A DNA stretch of 64,000 nt from Nannocystales bacterium (GCA_050633305.1 JBOEGF010000015.1:1-64000); one strand, 5' to 3'. Positions 29,046 to 40,031 are shown, counted from the stretch's first letter. A program made the numbers and translations. The notes: a model not told the origin generated them from the sequence alone.

Positions 29046-31424
29046 CTACCGGTTCTCGATACGGGAGATGTCGAACAACCCCGCCTCGATCGGCTCCTGC
29101 TCGGCATAGATTTCGTGGAGTCGATCGACCGTCGGCCAGAACCGTGCATCCGTGCGCCGTACGCCGAAGTTCTCCTGCAGCCGGGCGTAGGAGTCCTGCA
29201 TCTGCGGGTGGGCGCCCTCCGGGACCAACAACCCTACGGCGGTCACGAAAGACTCGAGCTCGGCCCTTGGCACACGATAGAGCGCATTGGGGTAGGTGCC
29301 GACGAATCCGCGAGCAACGGTGAGCGTGTCCTCGGCCGGAAGCCTCCGGTCGCGCTCGTTCAGAGGAGAGGCGATGTTCGAGTGTGCGCTGTTTCGCATC
29401 AACGTGAAGACCTGGTCGGCAGGGGCGGCGTCAGGGATGAAGAGGAACGCCACCTCCGGCATCCGACTCACAGACGTCCCCCGCAGCGCCGCCAACCTTT
29501 TCAGCGGGTCGCGGATGCCGTCCTCCACGGCGCGCAGATCCGTACGCTCATCGAGAACCGCTCCCAGGTAGCGTCGCAGCTTGAGATAGAGTTCCCACTT
29601 GGGGTCACCGGTCGAGTACTCGATGCCGGTCTTCACATCGAGGTCGGTCACTTGCCCGGCGATCTCCTTTGCGATGCGTTCGTTGGTGTCGCGATACCAG
29701 AACTCGCGCTCTTTTGTTCGCGCCTCCTCCGGGAGGAACACGAGAAAGCTGAACTCGGCCTCCATGCGCAAGAAGTCCATGTACGTGCGGGTGGTGAGCT
29801 GGTGCCCCACGTTTCCAAACACGTCAAAGCCAGCTACGAGCAGGTAGTGGATCCGTTCGAGCAACGGATAGCCGAGAACCCACGCGGTCTTGGGCATTCC
29901 GCCGACCATGCCTTTGGCCACGGACGCGCTGTCAAAGTGACGGAACACGGTGAGGGCGGCGTTCGGGTTGCTGCCCTCTCCATCCCAGAGCATGTCGAGG
30001 GTGACCTTGCGGTTGTCCCCGAACGCCTTACGAGCCGCGCGTCTCTTCGCCTCCATGTACTTACGCTGGCGCGCCGCGTTTTTCACCCACGTCACCATCC
30101 CCGGCGCAGTGGATCCGGCGGCCGCAGGAAGCCGCAGCGAGTCCGCATTCTTGCGGAGGAATTCGTCGGTGTTGAGTGCGCCAAACTCCGGGTCCAGGAA
30201 GAAGATGTAGAACTGATCGCTGATCACGTTCAGCGCGATGGGACCTCGACACACTGCCCCCTTGATGAAGCCCATCAAGGTGAACTGAGCCTCATCCAGC
30301 ATGAACTGGTACCGCGATACGGCGGGCAACTGGTCGAACGCCGCGAACGGGTTCGACGCCACTTCCGGTTCGTACGAGGGAAGCTCGGAAACCGAGAACG
30401 GCGCATCCTGGAATAGTGAGCGCCACCGAGCCATTCGAGCGTCGCTCAGGGCGTAGGGCAGGTGCAGCTTGGCGACGATCGTGTCGCGAACGGGCTGAAG
30501 CCGGTAGTACGGACGGACGCCGGGGTCGTCAAACGGCCGCCGAGTTGCGATGCGATCGATGGGCCGGCCCGGTGGAGTGCGCGACCGAACAAGCTCGAAG
30601 TACTGCGCAGGCGCATCCGGCGACACGTCTTGCGACAAATCCTCGAAGTACAGATGCGCGAGAAATAGGTGCTCGTACATGTAACGAGCCGTCAACCGCC
30701 CCTTGAGCGAAGGGTCGTTGAAGTAGGCTTCCCAACGATCCACGTGCGCGAGCATGGACTTGCTCAGCGGGTCGGGCGGAGTGTGTACCGCGCCCTGCTC
30801 GACCCACCGCATGAGCGTGTCGTGCTCGTCGGGCTCCAGGCCTGGCACACCGAAGGGCATGCCCCAAGTCGGGTGGTCCTGCTCGTAGTCGTCGAGCGTC
30901 TCGATCGAAGGGCAAACCTGCTCGCGACGAATCGAGACGTCGATGTCCTCGGGCAACAGGGCACCACTGGGCAACGGTTGCGCCTGCTTGAGTTCGAGGA
31001 GGCGCGCGAGAACGCCTGCTTCGCGGTTGGCCAACTCGGACTGCGCGCGTTCGTTGAGCACAGGATGGAACCCTGCGCTACGCCATGCTGGTGTGGTTTG
31101 AGCGTCCTCGAACAGGCGAGTCGTCGGTGTCTCCAACAGTCGGCCCGCGTCGTAGACCCGAGCCTCGGTCGCACCGCGGTCGATCCCCTCGGGTGAGCCG
31201 AGCTTGAGCTGACACGGCGCGTCGTAGCACCCGTGGCAGACCACGCAGCGCGAGGCCAAGATCGGTCGAACCTCGGTCCAGTAGTCGACCGTGCCCGCGG
31301 GGAGGGTCGCGACGGTTCGTGGAACGGGTCGCGCTTCACCGAAGCGCCGGTTGAGCCGACGCGTGCCAACGAATGCACACGCCCCCATGAGCGCCACAGC
31401 CAGAAGGAAGAGACGAAGTCGCAT
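29046..31424 (-). CDS. cti: Fatty acid cis/trans isomerase
   Basis: RCVVCHGCYDAPCQLKL (haem c CxxCH), YEHLFLAHLYF, FIKGAVCRG, FRHFDSASV, YMDFLRMEAE; 792 aa. Confidence 0.93.
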   Translation of the reverse strand: MRLRLFLLAVALMGACAFVGTRRLNRRFGEARPVPRTVATLPAGTVDYWTEVRPILASRCVVCHGCYDAPCQLKLGSPEGIDRGATEARVYDAGRLLETPTTRLFEDAQTTPAWRSAGFHPVLNERAQSELANREAGVLARLLELKQAQPLPSGALLPEDIDVSIRREQVCPSIETLDDYEQDHPTWGMPFGVPGLEPDEHDTLMRWVEQGAVHTPPDPLSKSMLAHVDRWEAYFNDPSLKGRLTARYMYEHLFLAHLYFEDLSQDVSPDAPAQYFELVRSRTPPGRPIDRIATRRPFDDPGVRPYYRLQPVRDTIVAKLHLPYALSDARMARWRSLFQDAPFSVSELPSYEPEVASNPFAAFDQLPAVSRYQFMLDEAQFTLMGFIKGAVCRGPIALNVISDQFYIFFLDPEFGALNTDEFLRKNADSLRLPAAAGSTAPGMVTWVKNAARQRKYMEAKRRAARKAFGDNRKVTLDMLWDGEGSNPNAALTVFRHFDSASVAKGMVGGMPKTAWVLGYPLLERIHYLLVAGFDVFGNVGHQLTTRTYMDFLRMEAEFSFLVFLPEEARTKEREFWYRDTNERIAKEIAGQVTDLDVKTGIEYSTGDPKWELYLKLRRYLGAVLDERTDLRAVEDGIRDPLKRLAALRGTSVSRMPEVAFLFIPDAAPADQVFTLMRNSAHSNIASPLNERDRRLPAEDTLTVARGFVGTYPNALYRVPRAELESFVTAVGLLVPEGAHPQMQDSYARLQENFGVRRTDARFWPTVDRLHEIYAEQEPIEAGLFDISRIENR

Positions 31425-31857
31425 CGGGCCTCGAACCCGCTGGATTGCGGTTCTCCACCGCCAGCGGCGTGGAGACTATGATCCGCCGCGGAGGTCTCCT
31501 GCAAGTTGGGGCCCGCATCGACGAGACCGCCAACCCGATGCTTGGACGGGCGGCTTCAACGCCGGAGACCACCGGGGGTCGAGCCGGTGAGACGCCGAAG
31601 CGGTGCCCTGCACACCGGCTTCTTCGCTCGCGATGCTGAGCCAAAACGCCGCTCGATTGGGGTGTACGCCCTCAAAGCACAGTCCAGCGCGCTGCCCTCA
31701 GGACGCCGACAGAATTCAACGGTCGTTTTCGCTGAAACGGGCTGCGCCCGGGAACCATCATTGTCTCGGCCGCGCCGAGCGTCACAATGGGCTCACGCGG
31801 TCCGTGACGCAGTGTGATCCGGTACACAGTCCGCCGCAACGGGCAGACCACCCCGGC

Positions 31858-33225
31858 TCAGAGCTTGATCTCTCGCCAACCCTTGCTGGCGAACTTGAAG
31901 GCCATGACGACCCCCAAGAGCGAGACGTATAGCGACGCGGAGAACCATACGCCTTCCATTCCGAATCCGAGCTTGGGGCCGAGGAGCCACGTGAGCGGGA
32001 CGAGAATTCCGAAGTGCAGAATCCCCTCCGCCACGGCGACGAAGACGTTGGCGCCGGCGCCGTAGAGCGCTTGGGCCAGAATCAGACCCACCGACATCAG
32101 CGGCAAGGCCAGCGTCACCATGCGCATCGAAGCGGCGGCGGCCTTCGGCACCTCGGGATCGTTGGGCGCGAGCACCGAGATGATTTGCTCGGGGATCACC
32201 ATGAAGACGGCCCCGATGACGAGCATTGCGTAGACACCCAAGCGCGCCGACTCCCATCCGTACCGGGCGGCGAGGTTGGGCTTGCCCGCGCCAAGGCTTT
32301 GGCTCACGCATGTTGCGGTGGCGGTCCCGAACGCGATGGCCGGCATGAAGCACAGCGCGGAGGTGTCCATGATCGCCTTCGTCGCCGCGGTGTACGTGTT
32401 GGCCGTGCCGCCTGACGCCGCGTCGATCTGGCCGACGAAGTACATGAACAGCGCGAAGCCAGCCATGAGAATGACCGTGGCGGTGCCCGAGGGAACCAAC
32501 AGCCTGATGATGTTCCACATCACCGAGGTATCGACCTTGCGATGGCGGTAGATCTCGAATCGGCTGCAGTCTCCCGACGCGCTGACGTAGACCATGATCG
32601 CCAGCCCAAGGTAGGTGCTGATCACCGATGCGAAACCGGCTCCGGCCAGCTCCATCCGAGGGATGCCCAGCGGCTCGAAGCCGAAGATGAACAGGTAGTT
32701 CAGTCCGATGTTGAACACGTTCATCGCCAGCGCGGCCCACAGATGCACGTAGGTGCGCCCGATGCCATCGAAGAAGGCTTTGTAGCTGAACGTGACCACC
32801 ATGCCGGCGACACCGATCATACGGATCTGCGTGTACTCGGCACCGAGCGCCGCCTGCAGGGGGCTGGCGCTGGCGAGGGCCTCCACGGCGATCGGGGTTG
32901 CGAACCATCCGAAGATGCTGCCGAACGCGCCCGCGAGCACACCAACGCAGAGGCTGTTGAACAACACCTGTCCGGTGGCGACCATGTCGCCTTCGGCAAA
33001 TCGTCGGCCCGTGATCGCCTGGGTGCCCGCGCCGATCGCCGCAAAGAACCCGCCGACGCCCCAGAACACAGGCATGCCCAGCCCGAGCGCGGCTTGCGAT
33101 GCGGTGGCCAACTCGGGCTCGAGACGCCCCACCATGAGCGTGTCGAAGTAGTTCACGAAGAACTGGGTGAGCATCGCGAGGATCACCCACGCGCCCAGCC
33201 GGAACACGCGCCTGACGATCGTCAT
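31858..33225 (-). CDS. MATE-family efflux transporter
   Basis: DTLMVGRL, NIGLNYLFIFG, GAGFAS, VSQSLGAG; about 12 TM. Start could instead be CTG 33294 (GGAG upstream). Confidence 0.9.
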   Translation of the reverse strand: MTIVRRVFRLGAWVILAMLTQFFVNYFDTLMVGRLEPELATASQAALGLGMPVFWGVGGFFAAIGAGTQAITGRRFAEGDMVATGQVLFNSLCVGVLAGAFGSIFGWFATPIAVEALASASPLQAALGAEYTQIRMIGVAGMVVTFSYKAFFDGIGRTYVHLWAALAMNVFNIGLNYLFIFGFEPLGIPRMELAGAGFASVISTYLGLAIMVYVSASGDCSRFEIYRHRKVDTSVMWNIIRLLVPSGTATVILMAGFALFMYFVGQIDAASGGTANTYTAATKAIMDTSALCFMPAIAFGTATATCVSQSLGAGKPNLAARYGWESARLGVYAMLVIGAVFMVIPEQIISVLAPNDPEVPKAAAASMRMVTLALPLMSVGLILAQALYGAGANVFVAVAEGILHFGILVPLTWLLGPKLGFGMEGVWFSASLYVSLLGVVMAFKFASKGWREIKL

Positions 33226-33558
33226 CTCCAAGCGTAGCGTGAGCAGCTTGGGCGCATCATCGGGGAGCGCGGTGAGGTCTGCTTCCGAGGCCAGAGCCGA
33301 ACTCCAGTACCCCAGCGCGAACCCCACGACAAGGCCGTGGGGGGCCCCGGAACGTGTGTTTGGGGCGCAACGGACGCCCCGTTGCTCAGCGGATTCGAGC
33401 CCGCCGATGGCGTTCGTGACCGCAGAAGGGGCGCCACGGACGATGCGAGCGCACGCGCGGTAGCCGAGCGACTCCGTCTCCGCCACCCCGGATACAAGAG
33501 GGCCCCTCTCGGTATTGGAGATGGGCGGGCACCACCGCGGGTGGAACACCTGGAGTGT

Positions 33559-34644
33559 ATGAACTCCAAACTCTCTTCGGGTTGGCTCTACTGCGTTGCC
33601 GCCGCCCTGCTCTGTCTCGGCTGCGGGGATGACGACTCGAGTCCGGCGAACAGCGCGGGCTCGGCGACGGGGGCGTCGGAAGACACCACCGGGGCCGACC
33701 CATCGACGACCGGCGCGTCCACGGGCGTCGACGGCAGTGACGCACCCGAGGTCGAGCAACTCGTCGCACTCGACCCGGCCGCCATGGAACTCCCCGACGG
33801 GGTCGAGCTCCTCCCCGATGGAACCCTGGTCGCCAGCCTTCCATTCTTGAGCGAGCTGCGGACCTACGACCCGGACAGTGGCGAAGAGCTCGGTCGTCAC
33901 ACCGTGCCCGCACGCTTCGCCAGGCTCTGGTCGACCTCGACGGCGCTGTTCGGCACGACGCCCGAGTCCGTCGCCAACCCCGACTTCGACCCGGTGGAGC
34001 ACGCGGACCTGCAAGGGATCTGGCAGTGGAGCCCCGGCTCAGAGGCGAGCCTGGTCACGCGCCTTCCCGGCGACACGTTCCCTCAAAACGTTGCGGTCCT
34101 GCCCGACGGGACACCCATCGCATCGGACTCGTTTGGCCGTCTGTACGTCCCCGGCAGCACGGTCGAGGAGGCCGAGCTCTGGCTCGAGTCTCCGCTCCTC
34201 GAGGGCGACCCCGCGCTTCCGGGTCCACCCGACCGGTTCCCGGTTCCGATCGGCGCGAACGGGATGGACGTGGTCGGGAACGACCTCTTTGTGACGGTGA
34301 CCGACTATGGGCGAGTCGTGCGAATCCCCCTCGACGGCGGACAGCCAGGCACCCCAGAGGTCTTCGTGGAGAACGACGACCTGTTTGGCATCGCCTCAGT
34401 CGACTTCGACGACGCGGGAAACTTCTATGCCGCCTCCCCTTTCCAAAACACGGTCCTGCGCTATGTGTCGGCGTCCCAAGACGTGGAGGTGCTCGCCAAC
34501 GCAGACGACGGACTCTCCGGCCCATCGCACGCGACGCTTTCGGAGGATGAGCAAACGCTATGGGTCGCCAACTTCGCGTTTGTCCCTTCCGCCGACGGAA
34601 CCCAGAACCCAGGCGTCATTCGAATCACCGGGTTCGCTCCGTGA
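33559..34644 (+). CDS. SMP-30/gluconolactonase-like beta-propeller lipoprotein
   Basis: GGAG RBS; CLG-C lipobox; PDGV..PDG, GANGM, DFDDAGNFY. Confidence 0.8.
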   Translation: MNSKLSSGWLYCVAAALLCLGCGDDDSSPANSAGSATGASEDTTGADPSTTGASTGVDGSDAPEVEQLVALDPAAMELPDGVELLPDGTLVASLPFLSELRTYDPDSGEELGRHTVPARFARLWSTSTALFGTTPESVANPDFDPVEHADLQGIWQWSPGSEASLVTRLPGDTFPQNVAVLPDGTPIASDSFGRLYVPGSTVEEAELWLESPLLEGDPALPGPPDRFPVPIGANGMDVVGNDLFVTVTDYGRVVRIPLDGGQPGTPEVFVENDDLFGIASVDFDDAGNFYAASPFQNTVLRYVSASQDVEVLANADDGLSGPSHATLSEDEQTLWVANFAFVPSADGTQNPGVIRITGFAP

Positions 34645-34665
34645 AGGAGCGCGCCTGCAGCGGTT

Positions 34666-35565
34666 TCAGGTTGTCGGGCGTTCCGCCGTTCTGAATGCGT
34701 CTGCGTCGGACTCGACGAAGCGCTTGTCCTCGCGCATCCGCTCGAACAGGAAGTCCAGGAACACGCGGACCCTGGCCGTCCGACGCAGCCCCTCATGCGT
34801 GAGGAGCCAGATCCAACGCTCGAAGTGCGCGCCGTCGATCCGCTCGAGCGCCGGGTCGGCATCGCCGAGGTAACACTCCAGCCGCGCGACCCCCAAGCCC
34901 TCCCGGACCGACGACAACGCTGCACCCGCGGTGGAGACTCGGTGATGAACCGGGAGGTCCTCGAAGGGTCCCTGCTTCCATTCTTTCTCGTGCGCTCGAT
35001 CGGTCCACCCGACCCACCGGTCCCTGCGCGCGCCAGGCTTGCTTGAGGCGTAGGTCGCATAGGCCAACCTCGCGACGCGCCGACCCACCAGGCCTCCGTC
35101 GGGAGCATCACAGACCCGCAGCGCGACGTCGGCCGCACGCTGGTAGAGGTTCTCGAGCGTATTCGACTCGCGAACCTCGACCGCAATCTCGGGGAACTCC
35201 ACACAGAAATCCGCAACGATCGCCGCCAGCCATGCGTCGTAGATCGGACCGGTCGTCGTCAGAACGATCGTTCCGGTCAGTGACTGGTCCGCCCCCTCCA
35301 CGGCACGGCGGAAGTCCGACACGTTCTGTGCAACACGAGCCGCGATACGAAGCGCGGCCTCCCCAACTTCGGTTGGCGTGTGACCGCCTGTGCTTCGGTC
35401 GAACAGGCGAGCACCCAACGCAGCTTCCATCGACAAAACGCGGCGCGAGACGGTTGCCTCACTCACCGAGAGTTCGTGCGCGGCCTTTGCCAAGGACCCT
35501 GCTCGAGCCACGGCGAGACAGTAGTTGATGTCGTCCCACCGAAAGGGGTCGTTGGCCGCGCGCAC
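34666..35565 (-). CDS. LysR-family regulator
   Basis: WDDI...GSLAKAAHELSVSEATVSRR...LGARLFDR. Confidence 0.92.
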   Translation of the reverse strand: MRAANDPFRWDDINYCLAVARAGSLAKAAHELSVSEATVSRRVLSMEAALGARLFDRSTGGHTPTEVGEAALRIAARVAQNVSDFRRAVEGADQSLTGTIVLTTTGPIYDAWLAAIVADFCVEFPEIAVEVRESNTLENLYQRAADVALRVCDAPDGGLVGRRVARLAYATYASSKPGARRDRWVGWTDRAHEKEWKQGPFEDLPVHHRVSTAGAALSSVREGLGVARLECYLGDADPALERIDGAHFERWIWLLTHEGLRRTARVRVFLDFLFERMREDKRFVESDADAFRTAERPTT

Positions 35566-35602
35566 AGCCTACCCCCGACGCACAGACGGCGCGCGGTTGG
35601 GC

Positions 35603-36505
35603 TCACTCGGGTCCATCGGCGAGTTCCCCCGCTGCGACACTGCGGAGTTTCGCGAACGACTCGGCCAGCAGCGTCATCGCAGCCCGCACACGCGGATTGT
35701 TGCGGAGGTCGGCGTGCGTCAGGACCCACCCGGTTCGAGGCTCGCAAGCCGTTGCACCCGGCACCCGAACCAAGCCGGCGTGCGCGTCGCCCAGGATGCA
35801 AGGCAGCATCGCCATTCCAAGACCCGCGGCTGCAGCTTCCGCCTGCGATAGCGGGTCGCCGAAATCCGCCACGACCGAGCAGTCGGGGAACTCCGAGCGC
35901 AGGACCCAACCGGGTCGTGCCTCACCTTCGCCCCAACCCAGCCATCCGGCGGTCGCCGACGGCCCCACCACGGTGTTCTCGGCAAGGTAGTCGGGACTGG
36001 CGTAGGTACACGACCAGAACTCGGGCAGGCGGCGACCGACGAGGTGCGGCTCAGGCTCGGACTGGAACCGTATTGCAATGTCCGCCTCCCGTCGGTTGAG
36101 GTTCACGAAGCTGTCGGTCGTCACCACCGTGAGACGGACGTCCGGGTACTCGGTGCGCAGTTGGGCGAGGACGGGCATCACAACGGACTGCGCGATGATC
36201 GGCGGCATCGTGACGCGAAGAGGTCCAGTGAGCTCCGCGTCGCGACCGAAAACGACGCGCTCCATCTCCAACACCTCGGACTCGACGCGCTCCGCGTGCT
36301 GGAGGATCGATCGACCAACCTCGGTGAGCGCCAGTCCAGCTTGCTCTCTCGTGAAGACTCTCGACCCAGTCGCGGTTTCGAGGTTGGCCAGACGGCGCGA
36401 GATCGTCGAATGACTCAACCCGGTTTCCCGCGCCGCCCCCCGGACCGAGCGCTTGCGCTCGAGCGCGAGAAAGACCCTCAGATCGTCCCAATCCAGCTTG
36501 CCCAT
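35603..36505 (-). CDS. LysR-family regulator
   Basis: DWDDLRVF...SVRGAARETGLSHSTISRRL; NLNRREADIAIR. Confidence 0.92.
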   Translation of the reverse strand: MGKLDWDDLRVFLALERKRSVRGAARETGLSHSTISRRLANLETATGSRVFTREQAGLALTEVGRSILQHAERVESEVLEMERVVFGRDAELTGPLRVTMPPIIAQSVVMPVLAQLRTEYPDVRLTVVTTDSFVNLNRREADIAIRFQSEPEPHLVGRRLPEFWSCTYASPDYLAENTVVGPSATAGWLGWGEGEARPGWVLRSEFPDCSVVADFGDPLSQAEAAAAGLGMAMLPCILGDAHAGLVRVPGATACEPRTGWVLTHADLRNNPRVRAAMTLLAESFAKLRSVAAGELADGPE

Positions 36506-36651
36506 GACCCGTGCGCCTGAAGCGTCCGCTCTATGCAGAGTTGGACGATTCCTGCACCACCGCAAGGCATTTTCCGCGCCTTACCGCGACCCGCAGCCGG
36601 CCCTACGTTGCTCGGTGCCGCGAATGCACGCGGACACACCAGGAGAAACCC

Positions 36652-37179
36652 ATGAAGATCTCACTGTCTCAAGGTCAGCGACTCGAGCTTGCGGTTGCGC
36701 GCCTCATCGAAGGACGCGAGGACCAGCTGTTCGGCAAGTACTTCCCCACAGTCGGTCCCGTCCTGTCCAGGTACGACGCACGTCCAGCCGGCTCGTTCAC
36801 GGTCGTCTCGTCGGAAGGTCTCGAGGAGCCAGGGTTTGGCGCGCTCTTCATCTGGCCATCGTCTGCGACCTTTGCCCAGTTCCACCAAGACCCCGAGTTC
36901 AGGGCTCTGGCCCCTCTGCGAGACGAAGCCCTTTCTCTCCTGTCCAACGGCCATTTCTTCGCCGCGAAAGACCTCGCGGTCGAAGTGCCCGACGAGGACC
37001 TCGCGCTGCAGTTGGTCGACGTCGGCACCGAGATCCCAGGGACGCTCCTCTCCCTTCGCGCAGCCGACGACAGCCCGAACGACCGCTACGCGGGGAAAGC
37101 CCTGGTGCTCTGCACGTGGTCCGACGCTGCGACCGCCGCGAAGAGCGTGGCGTCGTGCCGTATCCGCTTTAACACCTGA
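36652..37179 (+). CDS. DUF1330-like (dimeric alpha-beta barrel) protein
   Basis: AGGAGA RBS; YF..V.PVL..YDAR...WPS..TF.QFHQDPEF..L..LR. Confidence 0.6.
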   Translation: MKISLSQGQRLELAVARLIEGREDQLFGKYFPTVGPVLSRYDARPAGSFTVVSSEGLEEPGFGALFIWPSSATFAQFHQDPEFRALAPLRDEALSLLSNGHFFAAKDLAVEVPDEDLALQLVDVGTEIPGTLLSLRAADDSPNDRYAGKALVLCTWSDAATAAKSVASCRIRFNT

Positions 37180-37194
37180 CCGAAAGCAACCCCA

Positions 37195-37842
37195 ATGAAG
37201 CTCTACTCTGATGTCCGCTCCGGCAGCTGCCGCCGGGTTTTGACCGTCATCGAACACCTTGGCATCGACCTCGAGATCGTCGACGTCGACATTCTCGCAG
37301 GCGCCACCAAGGCCCCCGACTTCCTCGCGCTCAACCCCAACGGCCTGCTCCCCGTCCTCCAAGACGGCGACACGATCCTGTGGGAGGCCGCGGCGATCAT
37401 GCTCTACCTGTGCGAGAGCGTCGGGGACACCACCCTCGTCCCCGTGGGTCCGGCGCGCTTCGACATGTTCCGTTGGATGTTCTGGGCCGCCGAGCACTTC
37501 CGTATCCCCGCGCCGATCTACTTTGAGGAGAACGTCGTGGCGCCAATCATGGGAGGACAACCCGATGCCACCCGGATCGCCGAAGCGGATCGACGCATCG
37601 AGCATGATGCCCCGATCCTGGACACCCACCTCGCGACGCGGCGATTCGTGCTTGGGGACCGGCCAACCTTGGCAGACATCGACCTCGCGGCGCCGTTGAG
37701 CCAAATGCCCCGCAGCCGTGTCCCCTACCAGAAGTTCCCCAACATCATGCGTTGGTACGAGGAACTCGGGGTCGCGCTTCCGGCCTGGGGAACGACCGGG
37801 AAACAGCTGCACGACTCGATGGAGCAGGCCCTCGCGGGCTGA
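37195..37842 (+). CDS. Glutathione S-transferase family protein
   Basis: SGSCRRV, FLALNPNGLLPVL, LWEAAAI.LYL, PTLADI. Confidence 0.92.
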   Translation: MKLYSDVRSGSCRRVLTVIEHLGIDLEIVDVDILAGATKAPDFLALNPNGLLPVLQDGDTILWEAAAIMLYLCESVGDTTLVPVGPARFDMFRWMFWAAEHFRIPAPIYFEENVVAPIMGGQPDATRIAEADRRIEHDAPILDTHLATRRFVLGDRPTLADIDLAAPLSQMPRSRVPYQKFPNIMRWYEELGVALPAWGTTGKQLHDSMEQALAG

Positions 37843-37886
37843 CGACAGCGCGGCGTTCCCCGAGCGGCTGGTAGCATTCGCGCTCC

Positions 37887-40001
37887 ATGACAGGAGTCAG
37901 GAACAAGCGTCGCTCGGCTTCGACTCACCTCAGACGAGGGTGCAGCGCACTCGGGGGCCTGGGCGCCATGGCCCTGACTTCGGCCTGCGCGATGCACCCG
38001 TGCCCGACGGCAGAACCCCTGCCATGGGAGCAAGCGTACGAGACCGTCTCGTTGACCGCCGCCGATGCTGCCACGAACGAGCCACTCGACAATCGCATGG
38101 CTGCCGTCATGAGCTGTCGCGTCGACCCTTGCTACGACTTCTACACCTACGCCTGCGGAGGATGGCAAGAGGCGCTCGAACAAGAACAGGCCTATCGAGG
38201 GGTCGGCTTGCGGCAGCTCAGCACCCTCAACCAGATGTGGATTCGCGACATCATCAAGGTCGCCGCAACCAACCCTGGGGCAAGCGAGGACCGCCGCCGC
38301 ATCACGGAGTTCTCCCGCGCCTGCCAGGACCACGCCCCCCGGGAGCGCGGCCTGAAGTTGGTGAAAAACATCCTCGCGCCGCTCGACCAAGTCAAAGACA
38401 TGCCCGGCTTCGCCAAGGTCGTTGGGGAGCTGCAATACTTCGGAGGAGCGCCGGCCCGGCTCACGGTCGGCGACCACCCGAGGACCGGACGTCGCAACCT
38501 GTGGCTCTCCCTCCCGGTCACGGGTATGCACGCGTTCCGCTACTCCGACCCGAGAGTCATGCGACGCTACCGCGCATTCATCCGCGCCAGTTTCGTCGCG
38601 CTCGGGATGCCCTTGGCGCGTGCGCGGTCCGAAGCGACGCTGGTGGTGGAGTTGGAGGCCAAGCTCGCGCGACTCGAGCTCGCCTCGCAAAGGAGGCTCT
38701 CCTCCGCCATGGTCCCCGAGATCGTCGAGATTCAGGACACGGGTTTCGGCGGGTTCTCATGGCCAGCGGTGCTCACGGCGATGGGCCTGGACGCGTCCAG
38801 CCGCATTCTGGCGGTCGACCCGGTCCTGGTCCGCAACGTGCTCGCGCTGTGGTCGCAGCCGGAAAACCTCGACGCGGTCCTCGCCTATACCCGCTGGCAA
38901 GTCCTGCACCTCAACACCGACTCGCTCGGGGGCGAGTTCGAACGCCTCAACGACGACTTTCATATTCGCTTCCTCGCGGGCCTCGAGTACTACGACCCCC
39001 CGTCTGAGCTTCGCTGCTCAGAGACCACCTACACCTGGATGCGCGACCCGATCGATCGCATCTACACCGAGGTCACGTACTCCGCTGCGCAACACGAACT
39101 TGCACGCAGGGTGGCTCAAGACGTCGCCGGCGCACTCGATCGCCGACTCGCCGCCAACACCTGGCTCGACCCCTCCACCCGAGCAACGGCCCGCAAGAAG
39201 TTGCACGCCTTGGACGCCAGGATTGGCGCGCCCTCGGGGTGGCGACCGTTCCCCGCAGACGTCAACCTTGGGTCCGACCACGCCGTCAACGTGCTGCGAC
39301 TTCGGCGTGCCAGCGCCATCGAGAGCTACCGCGAGCTGCACGAAACACTCGTCCCACGCTGGGCGCCCTTGGCCGAGGCCAATGCTTTCTACGAGCCTCC
39401 CCACAACAGGATCACCCTGCCCGCCGGCGTCTTGCAGCCGCCCTACTTCGGACCCGGGCTTCCCTACGTGGTCAACCTGGCTCGAATCGGAAACGGCGTT
39501 GGGCACGAACTCTCCCATGCCTTCGACAACGTTGGTCGTCTCTTCGATGAACAGGGCCGCCTCTCACCGTGGTTCACCCCGGCCGACAACCAAGCATTCG
39601 CCCAGCGAGCGCAGTGCCTGGTCGACGCGTTCGACGGCCAGCGGGTGGCCAACGGCGCGCGCCTCGACGGACACCGAACACTCGCGGAGAACATCGCCGA
39701 CTTGGGGGGCATGCATGCGTCCTGGTCCGCGTATCAGACCTGGTTGAGGCGACACCCCGACCAGGCAGGACCTCACGTCGACGGTCTCACCGATGCCCAG
39801 CTGTTCTTCCTCGCGTACGGCCAGACCTGGTGCAGTGACGAGACCGGAGCCCAAGCCGCGGCCGCTGCCGAAGTCGACACGCACAGCAGCAACAAACACC
39901 GCGTCAACATCATGCTCGCCAACTTCCCCCCGTTCCAGGAGGCGTTCACGTGCGAGCCGGGCGATGTCATGGTTGCGGAGAACGCCTGCGTGGTCTGGTG
40001 A
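37887..40001 (+). CDS. M13-family (neprilysin/PepO-like) zinc metallopeptidase
   Basis: VDPCYDFYTYACGGW, NAFY, GHELSHAFD, ENIADLGG. Confidence 0.95.
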   Translation: MTGVRNKRRSASTHLRRGCSALGGLGAMALTSACAMHPCPTAEPLPWEQAYETVSLTAADAATNEPLDNRMAAVMSCRVDPCYDFYTYACGGWQEALEQEQAYRGVGLRQLSTLNQMWIRDIIKVAATNPGASEDRRRITEFSRACQDHAPRERGLKLVKNILAPLDQVKDMPGFAKVVGELQYFGGAPARLTVGDHPRTGRRNLWLSLPVTGMHAFRYSDPRVMRRYRAFIRASFVALGMPLARARSEATLVVELEAKLARLELASQRRLSSAMVPEIVEIQDTGFGGFSWPAVLTAMGLDASSRILAVDPVLVRNVLALWSQPENLDAVLAYTRWQVLHLNTDSLGGEFERLNDDFHIRFLAGLEYYDPPSELRCSETTYTWMRDPIDRIYTEVTYSAAQHELARRVAQDVAGALDRRLAANTWLDPSTRATARKKLHALDARIGAPSGWRPFPADVNLGSDHAVNVLRLRRASAIESYRELHETLVPRWAPLAEANAFYEPPHNRITLPAGVLQPPYFGPGLPYVVNLARIGNGVGHELSHAFDNVGRLFDEQGRLSPWFTPADNQAFAQRAQCLVDAFDGQRVANGARLDGHRTLAENIADLGGMHASWSAYQTWLRRHPDQAGPHVDGLTDAQLFFLAYGQTWCSDETGAQAAAAAEVDTHSSNKHRVNIMLANFPPFQEAFTCEPGDVMVAENACVVW

Positions 40002-40031
40002 ACCGCGGTGGCTTGTGTGGGGCTCGCCGAC

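Noticed and set aside
33295..34014. Extended MATE N-terminus
   Set aside because: Overlaps the divergent lipoprotein gene; no MATE features.
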